Below, one piece after another: positions 1-15,694 of a DNA stretch of 64,000 nucleotides; the first letter of the stretch is position 1, and each line of letters begins with the position of its first letter. This DNA comes from Chrysomallon squamiferum (Eukaryota; Animalia; Mollusca). The notes beneath the pieces were generated by a model. That model made no database searches. It was not told the origin of the DNA and was given only the letters and a program-made list of their open reading frames with translations. The translations under genes and the position numbers were made by a program. The stretch spans positions 13,950,001 through 14,014,000 of the forward strand of contig CM022674.1 of assembly GCA_012295275.1 (NCBI GenBank), written 5' to 3'.

Positions 1-1422
1 TAGTTACCAATGTTTATGTTGCTGCTACTGCACTGTTGTTGTCATTCTCTAACTATGGACATTATTACTGAGAAAATCTACGATAACGGTAATCAGGTAA
101 TGACAAAATAATACACAATTATCATTATAATAGTGCAGAAGCTCATACATTTTCGACTGCAGTAAACACGGTCTTTACAATAGTAAATACGGTAACAATG
201 AACCTAATTAGCAACAGTGGTGCCTTGGTTAAACTTTTGGACTTATGACTTGTACGTCTGAAGGTCAGTTCTAGTTGTTGCCTGGGCAAAACCCTAAAAA
301 AACGTAAAACAACAACAAGTCTCACCTCTCACTCACTTTCTAACATACTAACACATACGATATTGGATTTATAACCCCGGATCTGTAGGCCCCTAACGGA
401 TGCGCTTGAATTTCTTGAGTATGTTGGTAGATAACCCGTAAAGAGCGTACGCAAGATATACAAGTTTCAGGAGATGTACATAGGTTGGAGAGTTTGTGGA
501 AGAGTGGAATTAATAATGATTTATGATGAACAGACTGAGTAAAGCGCAGAAGGAAATGACGATGATTATGGTTTATATTATTAACTGATGATGATAGTGA
601 TTGTGGTTTATGTCACAATGGTACTGATGGTGTGATGATATGTCTTGTGTCAGTTATAATGAAAATGTTGATAAAACTGAAAATGTTATTATGCTTTTGA
701 TTGTGGTTTATTTCAATAATAATGAAAACGACGACAATGATGATGATGATGATGATGATGGAAATAGCAAATGTCACAATGATGCTGATTTTAGCTTATG
801 TCAGCAACGATGAAGGCGATACTGGTGACAACGACGACGATTATAACAATGATAAAAATACTAAATTACCAATGGTATTGACGATAGCAGCGATAATCAA
901 AGCAGAAGATATATGTTTCAAAACTCTATACAGCAAGAACACAGAACTCTCTCGTTTTCCGTTTTCAAAGTATATTTTCTTATAAATTGTTAATGGCCAC
1001 CGAGATGAATGAAATTTTTATATTCATCTGCAAAACAATAGAAATCTGATCCAGATGGTAAGAATTGATAACGTAAAGTTTACCTGGAGTTCGTAAATAA
1101 ATGATTAACCAATAGGTAAATAAATAAACAGATTACCTGAGTGACTGAGTCACCTGACAGGTGCTCTTAATTACCTGTGTATCGGTAGACATATTTAATT
1201 ACCTTCGTGGGTGAAATGTGTTCTCCCGGACAGAAGGTGTGTTTGTTGAAATTTGTGATATGGAAGCGTGTAAAAAAAGGGAGATAAATAAATATATGCG
1301 GTTATTTTATGTTGGTCATTTGAGAGATGCCATATTAGATGTTATGAACGTTATTGGCGACATTTCAGTGTCTGTTCTTTTTCTGTGTGAATGTGTGTGT
1401 GGGTGTATGTGTGTGTTTGGTA

Positions 1423-1473
<51 letters not shown>

Positions 1474-2295
1474 TGCGTGCGTGCGTGTGTGTGGATGTGA
1501 CGGAGAGAATGTGGCTGGGTTTATGTTTGTCTGTGTGCATGGTGCATGTGTGTGTGTATGTAAGTATGATCGTGTGTGTGTGCGTATTTGTGTGCGTATT
1601 TGTGTGTATATATGTGTATGGTACGTGTGTATGTGTATGTTTGTATATATATGTATCTATGTATGGGGTGTATGATGGTGTGTGGTATAAAGAATATACT
1701 GGTGTGAGTGTATACCTGGTAAATTATGTTTGTTTGTTTGTATAAACACTTTAAACAGTTAGAACGACAAATAATATCATGGGTTATTGGTTAGGAATCG
1801 ATCCTAGGTAACGAATATGTTATCACGTAATAAACTAGTCAGTGTCATGTGCTGGATTCCTTCCAACAAATACCCAAACGCAAATATGGTCTAGCAGACA
1901 TTAGGTAACTCTACAGCGCATGTTAAGTAACAGGTTATCGTAGGAAAACTTACATCAATAAATTATATCTAATTAATTCCTGGAAACAAATGCACTGTGG
2001 GGATCGACTTAAAACTAAAATAATCTGCAGTACAAAGAAATTAATCTGTAGAAAAAAAGGATTTTATTTTTCTTTTGTCAGAAGATAAAAGAAAGATTAG
2101 AGAATTTATTTTTTTTTTTTTTTTTTCAACGAGCAAAACTGTAAAAGTCCACAAGATAACAGACATATATTATTCATAAGAAAGCCATTGGAAGAAATAT
2201 AATATACTTCATGTTATATATATATCTATGTGTTATTATTAGCGAAAGAGAAATAGAAACAGCCAGATATAAAATCGTTAGATTGTCTTTCTCTG

Positions 2296-2407
<112 letters not shown>

Positions 2408-2967
2408 AGAAAAAGCAATACACATTTCTGAGCAAATAATAATAATAATAATAATAATATTATTCAGTTCTGGAATGACATCAGTGCTCTAATCTTTCAG
2501 ATAAATTTATTTCGTGATCTTTTTTGACTACTGTCATGTTCAAGTGCTAACAGAACCGGCACTTAAAAGATTATTTTGATCGAGCATCTCGGAATACGAG
2601 AGTGTAATGACCGACAGTTCGTCGCGTTGACCACGCCTTCGAAGTCTTCAGGCGTTGACTTTGTAGCGCGGAACTGACGCAGATGTGAATCTCACGTCCT
2701 ACGGGCAGCCTCGCTGTCGCACTCCGCATGCGTAGTTGACAATTTTAATATCAGATTTCGCGCCAAACATGCAGAAAAAAAAAAAAACTGTATAACCCAC
2801 TATGGTTTCGTGAATTTTTATGGCGCGTGTTATGTTTTTGTTACAGAAGTTAGGAGCTTAAAGCAAAGTGTGGATTACAGGGGAATTGGAGTATGTTTGT
2901 GAAATTATATTTTCAGGTTAAATCTCCTGTTAAAAAGACTTTATTAATATTACGAATACTTATGTAG

Positions 2968-3037
<70 letters not shown>

Positions 3038-4248
3038 ATAAAAAATAAAATAAAATAAAATAACAACCACAGCAGAAGCAGTAACAACAATAATAAAGCT
3101 ACCACTAACAACATCTACATCAACAACTACTACTACTGTTACTGCTAGTCTTCCTCCGCTACTGTAATTACTATTACTTTTAAAACTTTTACTATTACGA
3201 TATACATAGTAAAAGAAAAAGAACTAAAATATACGACAATTTTATGTCATGAAATTTATTGACAAAAGGCACCCGTTAACCATATAATTAAACATATTCA
3301 CGTACAAATGCTTCTGTTGTTACTGTTAGGAAATAGATAAAGAAAATAGCTATAAAAAAAACGAATAATATTATTCAGACAATATTCTGAATTATTTTGA
3401 TTATTAGGAACAACGATCTGCACAATCGACACCTGACTGGATGCGAAACTGATACATTTAAAAAATGATTTCCACACAAAGAAAGGACAAACAGTATAAA
3501 TTAATATAACGGAATTACATGCACATTAACCGGAAATTGAGCGATTTTGTAAAGTGCGCTGGATCAGGTTTATTGTTGTAAAAAAATACACGCAGAATCA
3601 TTATTTATGAATATTTTATTGGATTATACTTGTAACGGTGTGTTTGGAACAGGATAAGAACTATATAATTAGCAGAATAGAGAGTGTTCATGTTTTCAAC
3701 ACAATTGTTCATATAATTGCTTACCATAGTATTTTAAATGTAAAAGTGAAGATACGAAATAAAATGCATTCAATATTTATATCTACATTATTTATTTTAT
3801 TTATTACGTGTTACTAATGTTTGCTGATAATAAAGCATAAAGATAAACACAGATCCTCTTGATGTCATTTTCTTCGAGAAATCAAGAAAGTGTAAAATGA
3901 CACCTTTACGAATCTCCGTCACACAGTTGCCTTACTTTATTATTAGTAAAGATGTCCTGTAATAACAAATAGAGAAATAACTTGGAACTACACGAAATTA
4001 TTTAGATTATATATACAATTTAAAACGTTTTGGCTTTTTTTCATCTACTTATCTGTCTGTGTCTCTCTCTTTCTCTCTTCATCTGTCTGTCTGTCTGTAA
4101 TATTCAAGTTTCTTTCTTTCCATAGACATATCAGATTATATATATATACAAACACACACACACACACATATATATATGTATATAAATATGCGCCTATATA
4201 CAATATTGTATTTGTCTTATTTGTTTCTTCTTTCGCTAAACTTTAAAC

Positions 4249-4393
4249 CAGTCATGGGCAAACTGCGGCCCTCGCGGTTTTCTGAGTGGCCCGCCTAATT
4301 GTTCCATTTACACTGTAAATTAATACCTGCAGCCTGCCTGAGGATGAGCCATGTCTCATGTGGCCCGCTTCTCGAAAAAGTTACCCATCCCTG
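4249..4393. mobile_element. Non-autonomous hAT (Charlie-like) MITE, ~145 bp
   Basis: Imperfect terminal inverted repeats CAGTCATGGGCAAACT ... AGTTACCCATCCCTG, internal TGGCCCGC/CGGCCC motifs typical of hAT-Charlie ends, and imperfect 8-bp flanking duplication ctttaaac/atctaaac. Confidence 0.7.
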
Positions 4394-4475
4394 ATCTAAA
4401 CGTATTTAAAGAATCGAAAGTGTGAATGTTAACGTTTTGTTAAAAGTTATACGTTCTCATTTTTCACATATCATT

Positions 4476-4518
<43 letters not shown>

Positions 4519-5638
4519 CAATGTTTTTCTTTAACTGTAATAACACATACAAATGAAAGCGATACTTAGGCATAAATATAACCTCATCTTAGTAATTATC
4601 TCAGTCCGGATATGTGTGTGTGAGTTAGGATTACAGATGGAGGATATGAGTTTTCAATATGATGCTATTGATTTTTTTTGTATGTGATAAAAACATTATG
4701 ACGCAAGTTTTCTTTTTTTATTTCTTTTTATTTCCGTACTTTGATGGATTAACCTTGTACTTGCATCAAAACGCTCTGATGAGCAATCTTGCACGAAATC
4801 TGCAAATTGACAAATTTCGATTTTTAATCTTGTTTATAGAAAGTAGAAAATGCCGTGAATTGGAAATGCCATGCAATTGTTTGTTGTTTCAACATTCAAA
4901 AAAAGTTGATAGACATCACAACGGAATAAACAACTATTAGAAATCAAAGTTAAGAATGTTTTTATTCCAAATAAAACTTCTGTTAACTTTGTTATGTTAT
5001 CAAGACGACTGTCAGACTTTCCGATGTAAGAAACAATTGTAAAAAGTGTTCTGTATTTTTCCGCATTTACTAGTTAATGTATTAATTTTATATAATTTTC
5101 GATAAAGATCACGTTTCATGCCAAATTTTTTTTTTTTTAAATTATGGAAAATTGTTTTCTAATAATGTTGGTCTTTTTGTTAAAACGAAGAGTGTCGGAA
5201 TTTACCGATTAAGTGAAATTAAGTTTACGAATAGTATCGATTTGTGCCGATAAGTATCGAATGTCTTCTTTTTCTTCGTCTTTTGATTGTTGCTGTTATT
5301 GTTATAATTGTTGTTCTTGGTGGTGGTGGTAGTATTGTTGTTATCATCATCGTCATTATTATTAAAACAAAATTAATAAAATATAAAATGGCTGTCTCTT
5401 GTATTATTTATTTTGTCTTTTCATTGTATAAACAAGCTAAGACTACGAACATTCGTATGCTTGAATATAAAAAAGAGTATTCTAATTAATTCCTTCCTCC
5501 CCCCTCTCTCTCCCCAATGATAAATAAAGCAATAAAGATATTTGATTATTATTTATTTTATCTTGAATACTTGTCACAAACGATTCAAAGTACATTTTAA
5601 ATTATAATTGCTTTCAGTTGCCTTGGTATATGTGAACA

Positions 5639-5747
<109 letters not shown>

Positions 5748-6031
5748 TTGTTTATCTATCTGTTTGTCTTTCTGTCTATATAAAGAGTCTTCACGATCTG
5801 TCTCTCAGATACACATAAATAGAGAAATACTCGGACAGAAATACTCACAAGACAAGAAGCATTACAAATGCAGTGTACATAATACAACAATACATAAACA
5901 TACACATACTATAATAATAAATATTTAAAACAACAAATGAAGAATACGTATAAAAATTACAAACCATATCAGTTTAAATATCAGTGTTTTTAATCCAAAC
6001 TGTGCCAGATTTTATTGTCATCCGTTATTCT

Positions 6032-6098
<67 letters not shown>

Positions 6099-7106
6099 AT
6101 TTCCCGTTTTGAATGAATCGTCGGTTTACGTCTAAATTCGGCAGCTAATAAGTATAATATTGGCTTTTATACGGTACGCAGTTTCCAGGTTATGTTTCTT
6201 TGTCCTCGATCTCATAAATCTAAATTAAATATCGAAAATATCTTCAAACAGATCCATAAAAAGCATAGCATATTTCTCACAATAAAACCGAATACACGTG
6301 TTCAGAAATACACAGACTGATAGAAGTAAGAAAGTTGGAACTGACGAACATAAGCACGCATATAGAGACGCATGCACGTGTGTGTGTGAGTGTGTGTGTA
6401 TATATATATATATATATATGTACATAATATGTATGTATGTATGCATGTGTGTATATGTGCATGTGTATATGTGTGTGTATGTGTATGAGTTTGTATGTTT
6501 GTGTGTCTATGTGTTTATATTTGTATACCATATTGTCCTCTACTTCATTTATCAGTTAAGTGTATCGTGCGTCAAGAACAAATAAATCGAACTTAATTAA
6601 ACTTTAACAAAACATTAATTTGGTGTTGAAAAAAATCTCGAAAATACATTAAAAATAAAGCAATGTTTCCGTGATATCAGGAAATTGCACTGAAACTAAG
6701 AAACAACATGAATTGTTAATCCGGAATTGAAACAGAAATATTAAAAGACATGCATACATTTGACTAATTGATAATTATATTCTGTGTGTAAAATTTGTCA
6801 GTCCTCAGAAACCGGTAGAGTGAGACAAAATAAATATTAAATAGACACAAAGTGACGATCCCAATAAAGCAAACTGGGCAAATGTTCAGAGTTACGGGTC
6901 AGCTGAAGTTATATCCTCTTTATTTAGGTAAATAATTGGATCAACCAAAGGGTTGTAGAAAACACTGTGGTGAGCTTTCAGAATTTGGAGGGATTTACAA
7001 TGAAAACAGTTCTCTTTCGCAAAACAATGCATAGTGAATTTCGTTACAGGCGTTCGGCGTTCAGAATTGATAATATAATTATATGATAATTCAATATGTG
7101 CGTGTG

Positions 7107-7144
<38 letters not shown>

Positions 7145-7492
7145 TTTAAGCATGAATACACATACTTACACACACTTTCAGTGTTAATTTCTCAATTCCT
7201 TTAGTCTTTGCTGTCATCTCGTTTTGTTTTGGTTGATTTATTTTTCATGTTCTTTGTTTATAATGCTATTTTTATATACAGGCTATTTCATTCACAATAT
7301 GCTGTGCAGTCAAGGACGTTCTTAATGTCTTCGTCCAGTGTTTTACATCTACAACAATTACATCATTAACGTAACAATGGCTCTTTTGTGATTTAACCTT
7401 CAGTATCGCCATGTATCGAACACGCCAGCTGTAAACCTATTGATGTTTCCGAGTAATACGCTTCAAACGTGGCAATTGCCGTTACACTGGAA

Positions 7493-7555
7493 GGAGCTGC
7501 AGCTGAGTGATTAGAACGCTAGCCCAGGACACAGGAGAATGCAGGATCAATCCTT
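7493..7555 (+). mobile_element. Possible degenerate tRNA-derived SINE head
   Basis: A-box-like CAGCTGAGTGATTAGA followed ~35 nt later by B-box-like GGATCAATCC; no intact cloverleaf. Confidence 0.3.
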
Positions 7556-7701
7556 CATGAATCTGTTTGTAAATTTTTTTTTTTTTTTCGAATAGAATCA
7601 TACTTTGTGATGGGAAGGAGTGCAGTTCAGTTATTTAATTAGCCTCGACAAATAGTTAAAATACTGTGTGTGTATATATATACACACACATATAGAGAGA
7701 G

Positions 7702-7802
<101 letters not shown>

Positions 7803-9273
7803 TAGATATTTGCATATCTCTATCTATCTATCTGTATATTTGTATACATCAAAGTTATTGTGATGTGTATTGCTTGTTAGTAAGTCCTTTTATGTACTAA
7901 CAAATATAAGTTCAGTGTGTATCCTTACAAATAAGTTATCTTATTCTGTTTCTTGTTTTAGGAAACTAGTTATAATAATAACAAAATAGTTTAATACATA
8001 CAATATCTATTTTTCTTCCAGTAATTCTTTTATAAATATTATTTTTCTAAATTTCCTGCATTAATGAAGATTATTATTATATGGTTCGATATGATTAACT
8101 TTTTTTGATTAACTGTCAGTCTTTGCTAATAATAAAATAATATCATAATACAACGACTTTTAGAGGCTATCTTTCGTTTTTTCTTTCTTTTCTGCTTTTT
8201 CTCGATCATACAGACACACATGTACACAAACATACTCTAATCCTCTGAAAAAAAGGCAACTAAAATTCCCCATGGGGAAAAAGCAAATAAATAAATAAAA
8301 ATTAATAATAAAAATAAAATATAGAAATAATAATTAAAAAGAAGAAAAAAATAAAAAATAAAAATTAATAATAATAATAAAATATAGAAATAATAATTAA
8401 AAAGAAGAAAAAAATAAAAAATAAAAATTAATAATAATAATAAAAAAAAGGTCACAGTATTAAGGGAATAAACGCTAGTGCTGATTCATACAACTAATTA
8501 TTTATAAAACAGTCTGTGATAGCAATGATTCATAAACTCAGTAGCCGGCGTTAAGGTCGATGAATTCTGAAACACATTATGCCTAAAGGCTAATTACCTA
8601 CCGTTGAACCATATCGCTGCGATTAAACTGTATTCAAATAACATATATTTTATCTCTTTTTTTTTATAGGAACACATTATTTATTTTTTTTTTTTTTTTT
8701 TTTTAGAATTCCCACGCCCAAATTCTAGCTCAGCTGTCATATTCAGTGTATGAACTGACGTACTGGAGACAATGACAGTAAAACAGAAAGAATATTTATT
8801 GAACATATTTGAACCTCGGATCCGGATGTATAGTGAAATCACGAAATCATGGCGGCATTCGAGTGGCACGCGACGCTCACAGTAAATGTATATACACAGA
8901 GGTCGTGTGGCAATATTGTCACGGCTTTAGCAAATTTGGTAAGAAAATAACATGTGAGTTTTGTTAACTTCTACGCAAATTGTAACTCGCGTAACCACAA
9001 CATACACGTCAACACAATGTTTATCTTTATCACTTCCGGTTGCAGAAGTAAACGCAACTAAGACATTTGTCAACGCTAGCCGATAAATCAGTTTCTAAAA
9101 AGTATTGTAAAAAGTGAAAACTGCAATTAAAAAAAAGAGGAAAATTAAAACAAGTTTTGTATAAATGAAACCTTAATTATCACAGGTATTGTTGCTTTTC
9201 TTTTGTTTCTTTTTATTTTTCTTTCAGTTTCTTTTTTCCTTTAATTTATTATTCCATTCATAAATAATAACAA

Positions 9274-9316
<43 letters not shown>

Positions 9317-9603
9317 ATTAATTAAATAAAACAAAAAAAGTAAAATAAAAATGAAATAAAAAGTATAACGTCTATGTAGAAACGAAAGAGAATATAATAA
9401 AATAATAATAATAATACTGAAAAGGATAATAATAATAAACAAAAGGGAAAGAATAATAATAATAAAAAAGAAAGAATAATGAATAAATTAATGGATGAGA
9501 ATAATGAGTAATCATGAATAAAATAATTAACAACAGTCCAGAAAGAAATGAAACAATGTGGGCTATTCAGATTAAAATAAATTAATAAATAATAATGTTG
9601 TTC

Positions 9604-9636
<33 letters not shown>

Positions 9637-10374
9637 AATAACATTAAAAAAATGTCTAAATCTACAGTAAATAAGTATTGTTTTATTATTTTACTTTAAT
9701 TAATTAAAATTTTAATAGAATCTAAAATGTAGTGCTTTTCAAGAGAAGTGGTATGTCAAATTAATTTTCAGTGGTGTGTCCAGTGAATTTTCTTGTTCCT
9801 ACTGCGAGCTATAATTGGTTTGTACTACGACATCAGCGTTAAAGAAATTATTTTTAAAAAGGACTGACAATCATATTTCACACTAAGCTGGGCTCTGGGA
9901 TTCGATCATTATAGCTGCTAGAAGACACAAACGATTTAACCATAGGGGCACTAATGCTGAATAGAGAATATAATACATCTCTGTACGTGATTCCAGAAGA
10001 ATGCTGTGAACGCTGTTTTATGCTCTGTGATTACGTGGATGACGTAGAAAATTCGAATATTTATAGATACCATGGCAACAGCTTACATCTTAATACCAAT
10101 ATATATTCACAGTTCTTAGTAGTCATAAATGTCTGTTTTTATTGCTAATTTACCCCAGAGGTAAACTGATAATGATGACATACGTGTGTCGGCACAGCTC
10201 TAAATTCAAGAGCGTCAAGCAGGGATGGAGACATTTTGACACGGAACTAAATGGAAATAAATAAATGAACGTAGCGAATGACTGAATGAATAAATGAAAT
10301 GATAAAATGAACGAATATTCAGCACATTATTATTTTTTTTTATATTAAAAGTCAATAACAGAGTTATTTTTGTA

Positions 10375-10410
<36 letters not shown>

Positions 10411-10677
10411 GTGTCTTCTACATTTTGTTCTCTCTTATATAGGTATATATATATTTATTTATTTTGTAATATATATATATATATATTATAATAATAACAT
10501 AAGGAATAAAATCGGCTATCATCTCTCCAAAGACTACACTTTATAATTGCTAGCTAGGGGTATTTTATATTCATAATCCTATAGTCGTGCAAAACATATC
10601 ATAAACTAAATATGGGATATCTGTTATAATATTAATAGTGGTAGTAGTAGAAGTACTAGTAGTCGTAGTAGCAAAGG

Positions 10678-10730
<53 letters not shown>

Positions 10731-11946
10731 TAATATTAATGATAATGATGAAGAAGAAGAAGAAGACAACAAAAACAAAAACAAAAAGATCAACATAAAA
10801 CCAGCAGCAATATAACTGCACGAATAAATAATTACAATCCTTTTGCTATTTAATTATAAAGCAAAAATGCCAATTAAGAAATATTAAGCTGTGGTTATTA
10901 ACTATATATACTGCATATGACAATCTACAAAATCTAGAATAAACTAAATACAATATTCACATTATTTTATAGTTCATATTGTCCGATATATGGTGTATTT
11001 TTTGTGTATGTATAGGTAGTTTTGTGTATATGCGTTTGTCTGTCTCTATCCATCTACCTGCATATCTGTCTGTGTGTCTGCCTGTCTATCTTCATGTATG
11101 ATTGTCTGTCTATGCACACTATATGTGTGTGCACAAACGATATTGTCTCTTTATGTTTCTGTACATGTGCATGCAACTTACTTGTAACTATAGGTATGTA
11201 TATATGTATTATTATTTGTATGATATGTACGTAATCAAATCTCTATCTCTACAAAAGTGTATGTTAAAATAGTTATTTATTCTGATTATTTTTTATTACC
11301 AGGTGTTCAGTTATTTGTATTTGACAATAAACTAAATATATTCAGTATACACACTCCACTGCCCATCTACATAACGACAGCTGGGTGTGGGCGTGGTTAT
11401 ATAGTGAGATACAGCAGATATGTGACAATGACGTCATAACATAGAAAGTAGTCAGGTTTGTACTGAATAAGGTGAAATATAATTTTTGGAGGTTTTTGAC
11501 ATATAGTGTTGTCGTCTTTATTGGTTTTGTTGTCATTGCCGTGGTTGTTGTTGATGTTGTCGTGTTATTATTATTGTTATTGTTATTATTATTCCTTTTA
11601 TTTCTAGTGTGATGGCAATAACGATGACGACGATGATGGTGACAATAAAATAATATATTACCCAAACGCACACACAGCCATATATATATAGCCATATAGC
11701 CATTCATCCAGAAACAGAGGCAAACATATTCATCCATCCTAATTAAATACGTATGTACATACAATCATACATCCGTAGAAATATACATACATACTTATAT
11801 GCATAGACACACCAACACACACACACACAAACATATATACATAAACACATACAGATTTATAAATATGTAATTTAACACAGATGTTAACATTTCAAAGCTG
11901 GAATTATTGAAGACAAAATAAAAATAGAAAAATAAAAACTACTTAC

Positions 11947-12711
11947 TATGTACGGAAGATGGTTGCTGCAAGCACAGATGGTGAACACACACATTAACAA
12001 TCGACAAAGATCGTAGGAAAACGTCAATTCGTTGTATTTTGTATGGGCCGTCTGATTCACACTGGGGTTCGCCACCGACGACGTCGACGGCAGACAAAAC
12101 CTCCCAGCATGATATTTGACGACGGCAATACGTTTCATGTGTTTCAGCAACAACATGGTATCCAGGGTGCATATGAAACAGATACACAGAGCGAAACACG
12201 TGAGAATAACAAAAAACACTGCAAACCCGTCACCCAGTTCGTACGGAAGGAATCTGCAATGGTCTCCACTTGCAAGGCTGCCGTTGGTGGCTCCTATGGT
12301 TGGTAAGATCCCCGCTAGAATTGCCAGAAACCAAATCCCTAAGAGTACGAACTTGAGAACTTTGGTGGACCCGTACCACTTTTTGTCTTTGGGACACCTG
12401 AGCAGCGCCAGCCAGTGAAGACTAAGACACATCAAAAGAAGAAGTTCTGAGACTCTGAACGTTATCGTTGCCCACACGTAAAAATTACACACCTCCTCTG
12501 ACCAGTCTACCTGCCCCAGGTAAATGACCGCAGGTACAGGTAAGAGTATCGCCGCGTTTAGAGCCATCGTTACAAACAGCGACAGCAACCCTATGTCGAC
12601 GGCGTGGAAGAACGGCTTGTAGTGTGAGACGACGACGATGGCGAGGATGCTACTGATGAAGGCTATCGGCGACAATACCATCCACGCTACCGTCTGTCCG
12701 AAGTCCGTCAT
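11947..12711 (-). CDS. First coding exon (TM1-TM6) of an orphan class A GPCR, GPR153/GPR162-like
   Basis: 255 uninterrupted codons with six hydrophobic segments. Motifs DWSEEVC (ECL1/TM3 Cys), LSLHWL at the DRY position, GIWFLAILAGILPTIG and CRFLPYELGDGFAVFF match recalled GPR153 features (EWNEGLC, SLSYHR, GIW..LPAVG, CRFIVAEIGLGFGV). Ends at a GTAAGT donor (11941-11946), phase 0. The TM7 exon was not located in the window. Confidence 0.85.
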
Positions 12712-14104
12712 TGTACCAGCATTCCGTTAATGGAGACATACAGAATGCCACGAACTGGCTTTCCCATGAAAGCAGTTTTATATTCCTGTTTTCTAATATT
12801 CACCAGCCAGCCATGTAAAAACACAGTTATTAATACTTGTGAGTCATAGAACAAATGTATTAATGTCACACTACGCTTGCGATATATAATTATTATAGAA
12901 CTGCAATAAAATTAAATCCACATTTAGTAGTAAAATATAGTTATTTCTGAATACGAACAGAAAATTGTACTATAGTTAAGATTGGGAATTCAGCTGGCCG
13001 TGAAATACTTACAAATCTGTTTTCTATAAAATCAACGATAATTTCCTGACATTTCCTTTACAGTCGTAGGTCCAGGGGTGGCCACAGAACATTAAAATGA
13101 ACCGCTGTAATCCGCTGAAATAAATCTAAAACACAAAAAAGTATTTTACGTTGTCGACACGCTGGAACCAATACACTTGTAAATAAACGTCTTGCTCCTT
13201 CCTAGAACGATCACTGAGCATTTGCGTGTTGCTGAGGTATGTCAGACAGAGTTAGTGAATATTTTATAAACACAGTCTTTTCGTAGATTATGAACTATTG
13301 TTGGAAGGTAAATTGGCGAGGTACGTGTGAAAGAAATGTGTGTCATTCATGTGTTGACAACACTAGCAAAAATCTGAAATGAAAAAAAAAATGTCGTCTG
13401 CCTGTGAACCGATTGCTGAGGTTAGGAATACAAACTCCAATGTTTGCCTGGTACTGAGCCAAAACAAGAGAGGAGTGTGAAATATATTGATATGTCCACT
13501 AGGTTTTTGATAACCAGGGTAAATATACTGCACCATCTGTGTACGTATCACATACAGTCGATATGCTAAGTATATTCAACTTCAGAAAATTAATAGTAGT
13601 TGTTTTCCTAGTAATGTCCAGAAAGGTCGTTCTTCAAGAATACTTATAATCAGTTACAAAATATCCGTACGTCCGTTTGGCCGTGTGTACACTGATCTCT
13701 TAACTCGTTTAACCAATATCACAGTAAAATAATTACAGATGTTTATCAAACACTGGATGAACCCGCATCCTTTGATAAAAATCACACTAGTCCGTTTTCT
13801 TATCTGAAATCTTTGTTTTCAATGAAATTAATGAGATTTGTTGTCCATTTCTGAAGAACATTTTCGCCAGTAATGGATAAACTGTAATCCTCAGTAGTAA
13901 ATCTGTTCTGATCTTAAAGATTTTCTGAAGAGATTATCCATTACGGATTATCTGTATTGTTATATATCACAGCTATTTTGAAATACGAAATGAAAGAATT
14001 ACGGTACTGATAAAGCAGGACAATTTAATCCGTTAACCTTGTGTACTCATTAAATATATTAATGTTTTTATTATTAAAATATTATATAATTAATGAGTCT
14101 CTTT

Positions 14105-14171
<67 letters not shown>

Positions 14172-15209
14172 GTTGTAGTAGTAGTAATAATAGTAGTAGA
14201 AGTAATATTATTAGTACAGAAAAAGTAAAATATTACTAAAACTTCACTTCAAATTTTCTTGTCACAAAATGTCTTCAACCGAAACAAAAACAGAAATATT
14301 ATTTTTTTTGTTTCATCAATCCAGTCGTGATTAACAACTCTCAAGACGGATTTACGATAATCCTTCCACAAATGCTGTGTTATCCGCCGAACACTAATTC
14401 TGTGATTTCGTCTTTTCTACACTTAATCGGCTCATCTGTCTCACTGACCAGGAGGTCACTGGCTTCCAGCTGGACATGGCCAGTCTATGCACACGTGTAC
14501 AATACAGTTCTGTCAGCAGACGATCTTTTGTCCGAGTGAAGACGATGTTAGCTTAGCAGACGACATTCTAGAACTGGTCAAAGTTGACTGTTAACAAGAT
14601 CCAAGAATTCAAACTGAATTCAAACAGATATTTGTGTTGACTATGGATACAGACAAAACTTTATTGGCAAACACTATCTCCCACTTTGAAAAACTCTTTT
14701 TATAGAAATGGTAACTGTTTCTTTTGAATTCTAAAATGAATTTTTATTTTTTTATTTTTTTCAGTCGTCTTGTTTTGGCAATGTGTTAGTACATAGAAAG
14801 CGTTTTTTGCCCAACACACAAATATCATAATCCAAATATTGAAGATATCTTATTCAGCGATTTTTATTCCTTTTATCTTCACCTGCTATTAAATCTTTAA
14901 ATAAATTCGTTCAGATTTGTTTGTTGTTTGAACTGTTTAAAACAAATTCCCAGTACGGCGAACACAGGCAAACGATCACACACACGGAATATACATCTTG
15001 TAATAAATAGGTCATGTAATTCCGTTATGTCACAGATAAGTTCAGATAATCCTCATACATTGTCAATAGCTGACGTTTTTCATCATCTCATTTCATATTC
15101 ATGCTGTCATTTTCTGTTCTTTGTGCTCATTACAGTGAACAGTCCGAATGTCGGTTCCGATTCGGAGGTGAGGTAATATCTAACAAGTAATGTACGTGTC
15201 CGTCTTAAC

Positions 15210-15440
15210 TTGTCATGTCGGTCAGTTTTCGCGCGTGCGTTCTATTTACAAATACAGTACACACAATTAGCTGTTTCACTTAAAAGCGGCCATGCTTTGT
15301 GGACGCTAGGAAAAGCAATCGATCGATCGTCTGCTCAGGTGCGCGCACTGCGCATGCCTAGTAGCTACGATCCCCATCTGTTGCACCTGGCGTTATTAGC
15401 AATAATTGTATTGGCCGTTTGCTTCGTTTATATCTAGCGA
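15210..15440. promoter_or_regulatory. CpG-rich island with NRF1-like motif between the divergent GPCR and kinase genes
   Basis: Local CpG enrichment in an AT-rich background; GCGCACTGCGCATGCC at 15343-15358. Confidence 0.35.
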
Positions 15441-15650
15441 AATTAGTTTAGTTACTTCTTAATTTGGCACTAAGTGTTTTTATAATAGTTGATAGCTAAA
15501 TTGGAAACTCGCAGCTCTGTGGTTCACTTATAAATTATACATGGCTACATTTTATCTATTGTTTAATAATTACTACAACTCAAAACACATTTAAAAACAC
15601 CAACCTTCTTCTATAAAAATTAAATGTTGCCATAAACATCTTTAAGTGAC

Positions 15651-15694
<44 letters not shown>

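Noticed and set aside
210-420. SINE-like segment
   Set aside because: Only a vague resemblance to a tRNA-derived head and body; boxes and TSDs could not be defined.
11939-12418. Overlapping alternative-frame and antisense ORFs on the GPCR exon
   Set aside because: Shadow ORFs of a GC-richer coding exon; no recognisable motifs.
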